Assembly: GCF_036321535.1 (NCBI RefSeq)
Contig: NC_087472.1
Coordinates: 91,514,001 to 91,578,000 of the forward strand
Length of the DNA stretch: 64,000 bases
Source of the DNA: Camelus dromedarius
Taxonomy: Eukaryota
Direction: 5' to 3'
The notes under the pieces were generated by a model. It did not search any database. It saw nothing but the letters and a program-made list of their open reading frames with translations, and had not been told where the DNA came from. A program made the position numbers and the translations under genes. Below, one piece after another: positions 1-12,235 of the stretch; position 1 is the stretch's first letter, and every line of letters begins with the position of its first letter.

Positions 1-234
1 ATCAAGTAATTTAAAAAATGTTTAAATCTTGTCCTGCAAAATCCGTAAGTATAGCTGGTGGTTTTACTGTCAAAATTTAAACCTATTATGTAACCTATTA
101 TGTAATAAATGAAACTTAAATAAGAGAAGTCATCAAAGTAAATAATTCCTAAGTAAAAACTAAATTGTTACATTAATTATATTTTTGAGGAGTACATGAA
201 AAGTTTCCCATCTTACTCTAATTTAGTAATCACA
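1..234 (+). repeat. Copy A of a local direct duplication (partner 5206-5439)
   Basis: aaaatgtttaaatcttgtcctgcaaaatcc...atgtaataaatgaaa...taatcaca is present in both. Confidence 0.9.
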
Positions 235-681
235 GTCTCACTGAAGACTGACTCCTAATCATAAGATTATAAAATGTTTCTCCTACCCTCACATTTTATC
301 ACATCAATATGGCCCCTGTATAATAACAGGGGTTTACAGCTTAAAGAACTATAATCCTCAGACCTAATTTAAGAAGTCTCTAGGGAAATCCAAAGATAAC
401 AGGGGGGACAAAAAGAAGAAAACTAGATGATACTGTAGTCTCTGACACCACAGCTACAGCAAACAGTAAATATCCTCGCTAGATAGACATAAAACCACAC
501 ACTACAGGCATAGCCATCTCAGTTTCTTCTACTCAGTCTACCATGTCTACATTTCAACAAAAAATTACAAGGCACGCTAAAAAGTAAAAAAAAAAAATCT
601 AAGGAGAAAAAGGAAGCATCAGAAACAGACTTAGATATGGCAGAGATTTTAGAATATCAAGTTAGGAATTTAAAATAGCTA

Positions 682-1060
682 TGTTATGGGCTGAATTGTG
701 TCCCCCGTCCCCCAATTCACATGTCAAAGTCCTAATCCCCAGTATCCCAGAATGTGAGTGTATTAGGAGAAAGGGCCTTTAAAGAGGTAATAAAGTTAAA
801 TGAATTCATTAGAGTGGGCGCTAACCTAATATAGCTGGTGTCCTTATAAGAAGAGGAAATTAGGACATAGACAAGCACAGAAGGAAGACAATGTGATGAC
901 ACAAAGAGAAGACAGCCATCTATAGGCCTCAGAAGCAACTAATCCTACTGACACCTTGATCTTGGACATTTAGCCTCCAAAACTATGAGAAAAGAAATTT
1001 CTGTTTAAGGCACCCAATCTGTGAGACTGTTCATTATGGCAGCACTAGAAAACTAATACA
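682..1060 (+). mobile_element. MaLR solo LTR (MLT1A/B-like) nested in the old L1
   Basis: Starts tgttatgggctgaattgtgtcccc and ends gaaaactaataca, typical MLT1 termini. Confidence 0.85.
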
Positions 1061-1556
1061 ATAATTAATATGCTAAGGGCTCTAATGGAAAAATTGGACA
1101 ATGTGCAAGAACAGATGGGTAATGTAAGGAGAAAGATCAACACTCTAAGAGAAAATCAAAAGGAAATGCTAGAAATGAAAAACATCATTAACAGAAATGA
1201 AGAATACATTTGATGGACTCATCAGTAGAGTGGACACAGCTAAGGGAAGTAGTGTGCCTAAAGATATGTCAATAGAAACATCCAACAGAAAAGCACAGAG
1301 AAAAAAAGGATAGAAAAAATAGAACAGAATATTCAAGAACTGTGGGACAATTATAAAAGTTATATATATATATAAAAGTTGCAACAATATGCTTAAGAAA
1401 CAGAAAAAGGAGAAGACTCAGAGAAAGGAAGAGAAGAAATATCTGAAATAATAAGGGCTGAGAAATTTCCAAAATTAATGACAGACACCAAACCATAGAT
1501 CCAGGAAGCTCAGAGACCATGAAGCTGGAAAAATACCCCAAATCTACACCTACACA

Positions 1557-1995
1557 TACTAGTTTCCTAGGGCTACCATAACAAAGTACCATTAACTGAG
1601 GGACTTAAAACAACAGAAATTTCTTATCTCACAGTTCTGGGGCTAGAAGTATGAAATGAAGGTGTCAGCAGGGCCCTGCTCCCTCTGAAACCTGTAGGGA
1701 AATCCTTCCTTGCCTCTTTTTAGCTTCTGGTAGTTTGTTGGCAATCTTTGGCATTCCTTGGCCTACAGCTGGATAACTCCAATATTTGCCCTCATTATCA
1801 CATGGCATTTCACCTGTGTATCTCTGTACATAATTATATTCTTAGAAGAACATCAGTCATACATTATAACTTAACTAATTACATCTGCAATGACCTTATT
1901 TCCAAATAAGATCACATTCTGAGGTTCTGGGAATTAGGACTTCAATATATCTTTTTTGAGGGGTGGAGGGAATGACACAAATCAACTCATAATAG
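1557..1995 (-). mobile_element. MaLR solo LTR (MLT1B/C-like) nested in the old L1
   Basis: tagtttcctagggctaccataacaaagtacca...tcacattctgaggttctggg is the reverse-strand MLT1 signature. Confidence 0.8.
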
Positions 1996-4239
1996 CATAT
2001 AATATTCAACCTGCAAATAAGCAAAGACAAAGGGAAAAATTAGAAGGAAGTCAGAGGGGAGGACAAACTTACATACAGAGAAACAAGAATAAGAATTTTA
2101 TCGAACTTTTCTTTAGAAACTATGCAAGCAAAAAGAGAGTGATACGAAATATTTAAAGTTTTGAAAGAAAAAAACAACCAACCTCGAATTCTGTACTTTG
2201 AAAAATTATCCTTCAGAAGTGAAGGAGAAATAAAGATTTTCTCAAACAAATAAAAACTGAGGGAATTTGTTACCAGTAGATCTGTCTTGCAAGAAATACT
2301 AAATTATTCACAGAGAAGGAAAATTATGTAGTCCAGAAACACAGATCTATATAAAGAAAAGAATATATGAAGGCAAAACAAAATCTTTTATTTTTCTTGG
2401 TCTTAATTGATCTAACAGAGAATAGTTTGTTCAAAATAATGATAGCAACAATGTATTTGGTGACTATAGCTTATGGATAAGTGAAATTAACAACAGCAGT
2501 ATAAGGGACAGGATGGAGAAACTGAATATACACTGTTACAAGTTACTTGCACTATCCGTGAAGCAATATAGTGTTATTTGAAAGTGTATTAAGTTAGTTG
2601 TAAATGTATATAGCAAACTCTACAGCAACCATTAAAATTTTTTTAAAGAAGTATAAAAAATAATTTTATTAAATTAAGTATTTTTTTCACTATGAGAAGA
2701 ATTAATGGAATCATATAAATGCTCAGTTCAAACCCAAGAATGCAGCAAAACAGTGGAACACACACACACAAAGAAACAAGGACAATTTAAAAAGTTAAAA
2801 TATGGCACACAAAAAAATTTAAAATATGGTAGATACTAATCTAACTGTATAAATAATCATTTTAAATGCCAGTGATCTAAATATACTAATTAAAGACAGA
2901 GAATGTCAGAATGAATTTAAAAAATAAGGCCCAATCAGATGCTGTTTACAAGAAACACACTTTAAATATAAAGACACAGATTAAAGGTGAAGGCATGAGA
3001 AAGTATGCAATTTGAACACTAATCAAAAGAAATCTGGAGTAGCTACACTAACTTTAAACAAAGCAGACTTCAGAGTAAGGAAATTTATCAAAGATAAAAA
3101 GGGGCATTACATAACTGTAAAGGGGTCAATTCTACAAGAAGACATAACAATCTTTAATACATAGGTACCTAACAACAGAGCATCAAAATACATGAGGCAA
3201 AAACTGATTGAACTATAAGGAGAATTCCACAAATCCATAATTATAGTTGGAGGCTTCAATACTCCTCTATCAGTACTTGATAGATCCATTAGATAGAAAA
3301 TCAGTAAGGGTATAATTGAACTGAACAGTACTATCAACCAACTGGATTTAATTGACATTTATAGAATACTTGACCCAAAAACAGCAAAATACACATTCTT
3401 CTCAAGCTAACATGGAACATTCACCAAGGTAGACCACATTCTGGGCCATAAAATACAACTTGACAAATTTAAAAAATGGAAATCATACAAAGTATGCTTT
3501 CAGATCACAATGGAGGATTAAACTAGAAATCAGTAATAGAAACATAGCTAGAAACCTCCTAAAATACTTGTAGACTAAACAACACACTTCTAAAAATAAA
3601 TATTCTGATTTTGTAACAGGAAAATAAATAATAATGCTATTTAAGTATATAAACCCATGCTTCAATTTCTTAGGAATAAAACATATTTTCCCCTAATAGT
3701 CAAGAAGTATTTTTCCTTTCTCCAAAAGAAGTTAAAAGCCATAATTTAAATTTTTCCAGACTTCTATTATAAAACACTATTTTCAGTTTCTCATAATTTT
3801 ATGGAAATTTCTACTTTGAGGCTTAGCTACATCCACTTGACCTTGGCCCAGAGTTAATACAGAATTCAGAAGAGTTCATATTACAAGGGCAACATTAATT
3901 TTTAATTTTCAAACTTATATGTAAATTGGTAAGTTGGTCTAGTAACTCTATATTTTAAATACCTTCCTATGTGCCTCTGGATGAAATATAAGACGTTATC
4001 TTTAATAATATGTAATGGCTCCTTAATCTTTTCTTTCTCTACTCACCTATAAAGGTATTATCAGTGTAGGGACATGAATCCTGGAGATAAGTTTCAGTTC
4101 ATGTCTACACGTGCCCCAAATCTAACCATTTCAAAATCTGACTGTACGGTCAAATCAGTTGTTATCATGAATTATTGTCTAGTTCCTTAATTTAGAAAGG
4201 AAACCAAGCCACATAAAATAATTAATTGCTGGCTAATTG

Positions 4240-4685
4240 CAGAATGGAAGGGAGTATATTATTCAGGATAGGTCCAAGCACTGTAACAATCAACTCTAAA
4301 CCTTGAAGCAGTAAGTTCAGTTCCTGCCAATATAAACTTCGGAGTAGCTATTCTGGCTAAGCAGTTGTTCTGAGCAACTTTTCTCTAAGTAGTGACGTTA
4401 GGTTCAAGGCATCTTCTTTAATAGATCAGCTTTGGAATCCTCCACTGAATGCTCTCTATCCATGGAGGAGGTAAGAGGAGAGAGCTTAGAAGATCTCATT
4501 GGAGATTAAAATCTTAGGGGCCTAGCCTCCAAAGGAGGATAAATAACCTTGCCTACAATCCATTGTAGAGAACTGGTCATATGTCTTCATTTAAATACAA
4601 GCATGATGGGAAAATGTAGTCTTTCTGTGTGCCCAGGAAAAAATGAAATAGCTTGATGAACACATCTAATTGTTTCTGCCACAGG
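4240..4685 (-). mobile_element. Old MLT1 (J/K-like) LTR fragment
   Basis: cattgtagagaactggtcatatgtcttcatttaaatacaag...gggaaaatgtagtctttctgtgtgcccaggaa motif. Confidence 0.55.
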
Positions 4686-5205
4686 GGGAAGATATTATAG
4701 GGCTGAAATAATGACTTACTGTCTATATTTCTACTGTGCTCAACTGGTTGCAGAATCCCAAACTAGGGTCAGCCATGTTTTCCTTTTGAGTTAAAACTAG
4801 CACATCAGAGGTCTATAAGGATTCTAGAGAGAAAGTCAAGAGGGACCAAGTAATGTCCTGTCACTGACAAATAGGTGATGAATACCTAATGAAGGCCATT
4901 TTCTAAAATATTCACTCTATATTACAGTTAAAGAATCAGAATCAGAGGGATTATAGGACAAAACCAAAGTCACATATTGGCACATTGGTATGGTCTTCTA
5001 GCCCAATAATTGATTTCTCACTGACTTAATTTTCCAAGATGGACACACAAAGGCCAATAAACAACTTTGTTAGGTGAGAAGAGAGACATTGCTTGCCAGT
5101 GTATTTCTGACAAAAACTAAAACTCCCATACACTGTATCTCCAATGTTGAAATTGACTATAATTTCCTGAAATAAGGACTCTAAATAAGCAAACTAAACT
5201 TTAGA

Positions 5206-5439
5206 ATCAAATAATTCAAAAGAAAATGTTTAAATCTTGTCCTGCAAAATCCACAAGTATATCTTGGTGGTTTTATTGTCAAAATTTAAGCTTCTACTCA
5301 TTATGTAATAAATGAAATTAAATAAAAGAAGCCATCAAAGTAAATAATTCTTAAGACAAAACTAAATTGTTATATTTATCATATTTTTGAGGATTACATG
5401 AAAATTTTCCTATCTTATTCTCATAATTTAATAATCACA
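5206..5439 (+). repeat. Copy B of a local direct duplication (partner 1-234)
   Basis: Collinear with 1-234, with scattered substitutions and small indels. Confidence 0.9.
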
Positions 5440-5631
5440 CTGGGTTATTTAGGTTGCTTTTTTAGCTCATGGTCTTCAGAGTTTTTCTGACATTCAAAGA
5501 ATAAAACTCTTTGCCAATTAAATCTGATACTATTAAAGGACACACTTGCATTTGTGGGTCTCATTTTTTAAACCATGTAGAATGTCATTATTGGTAAAGT
5601 TAGCTCTTCTAGTAACATAGACCTAAAATCC

Positions 5632-5748
5632 TTTTTGTCATTTTTTGGAGGGGGTCAGTAATTAGGTTCATTTATTTATTTATAACAGAGGTACTGGGGA
5701 TTGAACCCAGGACCTGCATGCACTCTACCACTGAGCTATACCCTCCCC
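5632..5748 (-). mobile_element. tRNA-derived SINE (camelid Vic-1-like)
   Basis: Reverse complement reads ggggagggtatagctcagtggtagagtgcatgcaggtcctgggttcaatccccagtacctc with A/B boxes, then an AT-rich tail; degenerate TSD ctaa(a/g)atc..tttt. Confidence 0.8.
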
Positions 5749-6124
5749 TACTAAGATCTTTTAAGATAAATTAAAATTGGAATAAAATAGAAATTTGAAG
5801 CACTTGCCATGAAATGGTAGAACTGGTAAGGACTGTAGAGTTCGGCTACTGCAGCCTCTCAATTTGCATACTTATACATACCTTCATTCAACAAAATTTT
5901 AATGCTTCCCATGCATGGGACACTGCTCTAGATGATCAAGATAGAGCAGAGAACACACTAAAGTCCCTGCTCTCATGGGGTTCAACATGAATTAGTACTA
6001 TAATACCTAAAGGATTCTAGATTTTAAATGCAATCAACTGATTTTTTCACCTCAGAGACCACCTAGGGGATGAAAATCCTCCCCCACCCCCGGCTAACAA
6101 TTTAGTGGTTTAAACTTTAGTAAC

Positions 6125-6239
6125 TAGAGTGACCAATACCATTGGTTTGCCTAGGACTGAGGGTTTTTCAGGATGTGGGATGTTTTTGTGTGTGCTAAAA
6201 CCAAGAAACTCCCAAGCCAGAATAAGTTGGCCACCCTAC
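6125..6239 (+). mobile_element. hAT-Blackjack MITE (MER94-like)
   Basis: Terminal inverted repeats tagagtgacca...tggccacccta. Confidence 0.7.
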
Positions 6240-6477
6240 CTGGGACACTGGTAAAAATGCTGCTTCCAGGGTTTTCCAAAACACCAGGAGAACATCAGGA
6301 ACTCTTTTTGCTCTCATTCTTAGATAGTGGGGACAAGGAAAGACACAACAAGTGAGGAGTAGAGTGCTATGGAGGAGATAACATCACCATGCTTTCTCCC
6401 TGAGGGAATATGGGGGCTTTGCTGTCATAAATGATGTTCTTACTCCTGATCTGATCCCCAAGAATTACCTGCTCTTC

Positions 6478-7965
6478 GTGGTACTGGCACAAAAATAGAC
6501 ACGTGGATCAATGGAACAGAAATAGCCTAAAAATAAACCCACAGACCTATGATCAATTAATCTTCGACAAAGGAGACAAGAATATACAATGGAGAAAAGA
6601 CAGTCTCTTCAGCAAGTGGTGTTGGAAAAACTGGATAGCAGCATGTAAATCAATGAAGTTAGAACACTCCCTCACTCCATACACAGAAATAAACTCAAAA
6701 TGGCTTAAAGACGTAAATATAAGACAAAACACTATAAACCTCTTAGAAAAAAACATAGGCAAAACATTATCTGACATAAATCTTAGAAATGTTCTAGGGC
6801 AGTCTACCCAGGCAATAGAAATAAAAGCAAAAATAAACAAACGGGACCTAATTAAACTTATATGCTTTTGCACAGCAAAGGAAACCATAAACAAAACAAA
6901 AAGACAACCTACGGAATGGGAGAAAATATTTGCAAATGATGTGACTGACAAAGGTTTAATTTCCAGAATATACAAACAGCTCAACACCTTAATAACACAC
7001 AAAAAACCCAATCCAAAAATGGGCAGAAGACCTAAACAAGGAATTCTCCAGTGAAGACACTTGAATGGCCAAGAGGCACATGAAAAAATGCTCAATATTG
7101 CTAATTATCAGAGAACTGCAAATCAAAACTACAATGAGGTATCACCTCACACCTGTCAGAATGGCCGTCATTCAAAAGTCCATGAATGATAAATGCTGGA
7201 GAGGCTATGGAGAAAAAGGAACCCTCCTACACTGCTGGTGGGAATGTAGTTTGGTGTAGCCATTATGGAAAACAGTATGGAGATTCCTCAAAAAACTAAA
7301 AACAGACTTACCATATGATCCAGCAATCCCATTCCTGGCATATATCTGGAGGGAATTCTAATTTGAAAAGATACATGCACCCCAATGTTCATAGCAGCAC
7401 TATATACAATAGCTAAGACATGGAAGCAACCTAAATGTCCATCACAGATGACTGGATAAAGAGGTTGTGGTATAGTCATATAATGGACTACTACTCAGCC
7501 ATAAAAAGTAATAAAATAATGCCATTTGCAGCAACATGGATGGCCCTGGAGAATGTCATCCTAAGTGAAGTAAGCCAGAAGCAGAAAGAAAAATACCGTA
7601 TGATACCACTCATATGAGGAATCTAAAAAAGAAGAAAAAAGAGGACACTAATGAACTCATCTACAAAACAGAAGCAGACTTGCAGACATAGTAAACAATC
7701 TTATGGTTACTGGGGAAAGGGGGTGGGAAGGGATACATATGGAGTTTGAGATTTGCAAATGTTAACCCCTATATATAAAAATAGCTAAAAAACCAAATTC
7801 CTTCTGTATAGCACAGGGAACTATATTCAATACTTGTAATAACCTTTAATGAAAAAGAATATAAAAATGGATATATTTTATAACACATACATAGATATGA
7901 CTGGGGCATTATGCTGTACACCAGAAATTGACAAACTATAACTGACTGTACTTTAATTAAAAAAA
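6478..7965 (+). mobile_element. Young 5'-truncated L1 (ORF2 C-terminus, 3'UTR, polyA) with perfect 18-bp TSD
   Basis: ORF2-like peptides (DQWNR...LIFDKG...[13 protein letters not shown]...HCWWEC); TSD aagaattacctgctcttc at 6460-6477 and 7966-7983. Confidence 0.95.
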
Positions 7966-8024
7966 AAGAATTACCTGCTCTTCCAAAGTTTGATTTCTTT
8001 TTGGCACTAAGTGATATGAATGCT

Positions 8025-8635
8025 GTGTTATCCTCTAGCACTCTCCCTGGAGTCACAGTTAGGCAAAGAGCATAGGTATGAATACCTGGGCCCCACATAT
8101 ATTTCTTTCACTGGGCAGCTGCACCCATTCTCCAGCTGCTCTGAAAGAGCCCACTGTTGCCTGCTTCTCTGTAGAATTGCCCTCATTGTTCTCTGCCTAA
8201 GGAGAGCTGCCTCATCCAGGAAATTACATATCCTCCATTCCCCAGAGACAGCCAATGGCCAATAACTGATTGACATAAGATTATAGAAACTGGCCCTCTT
8301 GCCTCAAGGCAGAACCAACCAGTTCATGCCTCAGAGTTCTCCGTGGACCAGGTTGAAACAATTCTCCAGCTGAGACCACTTCCTTGCTTAGCTTTCTTTC
8401 CTTGACCTATCCTGCTTCCCTTACCTCCTTTCTCCTGAAAATCCTCCCTCAATATGTCACTTGACAGGGTGGTCAAATCATCCTGATTTGTCCAGGACCT
8501 TCCCAGTTTTAGGCCTGAAAGTCCCACATCCTGGACAATCCCTTGCTCCTGGGCAAGCAAGGATGGTTGGTCACTCTACACTTGAACAAGAATCTCTGTT
8601 TCAGGCTCTGCCTCTAAGGAATCTGACCTAAGGCA
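8025..8635 (+). mobile_element. ERVL LTR (LTR16-like) with nested MER94-like MITE at ~8466-8579
   Basis: LTR16-like motifs (cccttgcctcaagg, tctctgtttcaggctctgcctctaaggaatctgacctaag); the MITE has agggtggtca...tggtcactcta ends. Confidence 0.65.
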
Positions 8636-10757
8636 TCAGCTTACATCATGTATAAGCTAGGGGTGTGAGTGTACTGTAACCTATTCGATAGTGGAATTGG
8701 TGGTCTGGTGTTAAGAGTTGGGCAAGGTCCCATTAGTCCACAGGGCAGTCTTGTGTCAGAATAAGGTACTCCTCTGGTCTGCAACAATCCCAGTGGCATC
8801 TGACTTAGTATACTGCAGCTACCTTTTTGTGGAGAAAGGGCACCTTTTCCTCTGGAGGGAATGCAATTCCATGCTAAGGTGCCTGGCTTGGCAAGAGAAG
8901 TACAGGATGGATTTCTGGGCTTGATGCCTTTGTGCAGTGCTGAATGGCCATATGTGGCAGCCCTGGAGTAAAGCACCTGCTGCCCTGACCCATGAGGGTA
9001 GTAGCCTTGACCCATGTTCCATTTCCCCTCCATCTTCCCTCTCCCTGCCATGTAAATGGTATCAGGGTAGCAAATTCATATACGCAAGAATATTGAATTT
9101 TGCTTGGGCTCTTTTCTACATAAAAGGTAAAATGGAGATGTAGGCAATTCAATAAGTCAGGAGAAAACCAGACTAGGAAAGCCAACGTAACCACTTGCTT
9201 TCTTACAGATTAGAGCTTGAATTCTATTCTGGATTTTCCCAGGGAAGCTCAAAACTTACAAACTCTCTTTGCTCCCACTTCCATGAAGGAATTGAGTTAG
9301 AACTACTTCTTTGACACATGATTTCTCTGGAAGGAATTACTACCATTACTTGCAAGGGACTTTTTAAAAACCACAATCAACTTTAACGTATTTGCCATTA
9401 AATCGATGCCCAGATCTACTAGCGTTCTCAGACAATGTTTGGGTAGCAAGGAGAAATAAGAGATGTTTTAAAAACTACAGTTTTCAAGTACCAAATAATC
9501 CTAACCTGATGGGGTCTATAGAGCACCCCTGGTGTGGAATCAGTTTGAGAACCATCTCACTGCAACAAATCAACTTGCTTCAATTAATCTTTCCCTTCTC
9601 CATGGACTCCAGCATAGGGCTCTAAGTTATGGGAAAAAAAGTGATTTTATCTCTTATACTTTTCGGTATACTGCCTATACGAATAGAAGAACAACAAAAA
9701 AATACATCCTTTAAAGTAACAAAAATTTAATGACCCAGGAGTGAACAAGGCCATGGGAGAAGCGAACTTTGCTTTATTTCCAGTTGAGCTTTACAGAAAG
9801 AGTTAGTCTTTGCCAAACGTCTTTCAAAAGCTTTGTGTTAAAACCATATCCAATACTACTGTAACTGGTTCATTACCCCCATACTGCCACGCCAGTGTTT
9901 CAAAAATGACTGATACAATCTCATGGACAGTTAAAGTCTGAACTCCTCCCCTGACATCTCCAAAATCCATACTGGCTGACAGGAGTTATTTAACTTGTGG
10001 AGGTGGAGGGAGGAGAACTGACTTAAAGAATCACTGTCCAGTGTATCAGGATAGTGTGTCAAGATTAGACCTGCGGGAGAAATCTATAAAAAGTACAAAG
10101 AGAGGGTGTTCTTGGCACTTGAGCTTGGTAAACAGGGCACAGGAGGTCATAAAGAATGTAGATACTGTTTATGCAATAGCCAGGTGAGTACTGGACAGAC
10201 TATTTCTTCCACTCTGGATAATTTAATATTCTAAAATTTTTGCCAACAAAATAAACTACAGAGAAAAACTAGAATCAAATCAGAGCTGCAGTCATTTTAG
10301 CTTCTTATATTGCTTCCTCACTCTCAAGGATGTTACTTTCCTCACTCTGTCTCCCTTCCTAGTAGAGAACCCTTTGCCTTTCAGAGACTTCCCAGTTCTT
10401 AAATGTTTTCCAGTGTGATTTTGCTCGAGATCATTTCCTTGATGAGAACTTACAAGCTGAGGTGGATTGTCATCTACAATTCCACTCCCTCCAGGAACAG
10501 AGAGCAAATGCTCACCTCTCCTAGTTGCTTGCCTCATGAGCGGAGTCTCCCTTCTCAGCACACCAGACATGCTCACTCCACTTCAAACAATCAGACCGAC
10601 CCAATCCTAGCCCCATCATTCAAGCCACATCTCCATACACTGCAAAGGCAAATATCTCCAATCCTCAGTTTGCTATGGTTCCACTGATTATAAATCTGCT
10701 TCTGGTGTCTTGTAGAATAGGGACCCAAACCAGAGACATGGTTCTGCTGATTTTTAT

Positions 10758-10824
10758 CCTTTTATTTATTTATTTATTTTTTAACAATATAACATTTTTT
10801 ATTGATTTATAATCATTTTACAAA
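10758..10824 (-). mobile_element. Ultra-short L1 3'-end insertion with perfect 18-bp TSD
   Basis: TSD ggttctgctgatttttat at 10740-10757 and 10825-10842; insert reverse complement is ttgtaaaatgattataaatcaataaaaaatgtt plus an A-rich tail. Confidence 0.85.
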
Positions 10825-11219
10825 GGTTCTGCTGATTTTTATAGGCTACTATTGTTTGTTAAACTCTAAACTTCTTTCACAGAGAAAGCTCTTACAGTTA
10901 TCATGTCCCAGAGCCTCTGAAGTCAAAACATCTGGATATGAATCCTGACTCTGTTACTTTGGGTAATTCTTCAATTTCCTTGTGTTTCAGCTTCTTCAAA
11001 TGTAAAATGGAGCAGTGAATATAAAATGCTTACTAGTATGCCTGACTCACAGTAAGTGCTTCAGGTATATTTTTCAATAAAATCTTAATCACCATCTTTT
11101 ATTGGCCAATTTTTACTGATTATTGAAAAAAGAAGGTATTTTCTTAGGGAAGGCATGTCTGGTGCCCCCAATATGGTTAGTACCCTCTCTGATAAGTTTT
11201 TATTACATCATGTGTTTAA

Positions 11220-12235
11220 GTAATTAAGCACATATATATTATCTTACTTATGTCAGACCCTGTACGAGGCACTAGGAATATAGCACTGAACAAATAGACC
11301 TCTTTGTTCTCATAGAGCATATGGTCAAACAAGGGAGGCCATAATTAAATAGCTAATTATAATTATAAATTTAACTGCAATTATAAGTTACTATGTAAGC
11401 AGAGGGAAAGGAGCCTAAAGTATAGCAGAAGGGCAGGGAAGTCTTCCTTTGGGTATGATGTTTTTGCTGAGACACAACTGGGAGAGTATTTCTAGTGATA
11501 AAACAGCCCTGATATGACAAGGAGCGAGGAACACATTCAAGAAACAGGCCAAGGTGATAAAACCATGGAGAGAGACTGGTGTGAGATAGGAATAGTGAGG
11601 TAGACAGGGACCAGAAAATTCAAGGATACTGGAGTTATTAAGGATTTTTTTCATGTATGGAAAATGGGATGTCATCAGAAGGTATTCAATTAAGAGGATA
11701 TATAATCATATTTCTATTTTTAAAATGTCATTCTGGATGCAATGTGGGTAATGGACAAAAGATATATTGGAACATATATGGGGCAGCTAGTTTGGCAGCA
11801 TTTGCTATGGCCCTGGGCTTAGATTAGAATGGAGGCAAAGATGGAGAGGAGTGGAAGGATTTTGAAAGTACTGAGAAGGTAAAATTGACAGGACTGCGTG
11901 GTTGAGATGAAATAAAGAATGAGTGAAAGGAAGGTGTCAAAAATGACTCATAAACTTGCTACTTGCACAACTGTAGAGGGGGAATGGTGGTGCAATTTTT
12001 TTGTACTGAGAACACTGGAAGGGAACCAGGTTTGGTGAGGGTCAATTACGGGTTCAATTCGGAAACGCTTACTTTGAGATTTTTGTGAGACATCCAATTG
12101 AGATGTCAGGTAAGCAGCTGCATATACTTCCTTGGATCTCAGAGCAAATGTTTGCTGGGGAGGGATGTACAATGCAAGCTGTCAGCATATAGATGACAAA
12201 GCCACAGGCAAGACTGTGGGGAGGGAGTGTAGAGA
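11220..12235 (-). mobile_element. L2 fragment
   Basis: ttgagatttttgtgagacatccaattgagatgtcagg and similar reverse L2 motifs. Confidence 0.7.

Larger units (their letters stand above)
237..3597 (+). mobile_element. Old degenerate L1 (L1M-type), ORF1 through the ORF2 endonuclease region, interrupted by two MaLR LTRs
   Basis: ORF1-like coiled-coil remnants (gaaatgaagaatacatttgatggactcatcagtagag) and endonuclease-like remnants (catggaacattcaccaaggtagaccacattctgggcc); many stops. Confidence 0.85.

Noticed and set aside
5689..5748. tRNA gene
   Set aside because: Truncated cloverleaf followed by a SINE body and tail; it is a tRNA-derived SINE.
6503..7617. ORFs of 183/180 aa as host genes
   Set aside because: L1 ORF2 fragments and their antisense shadow.
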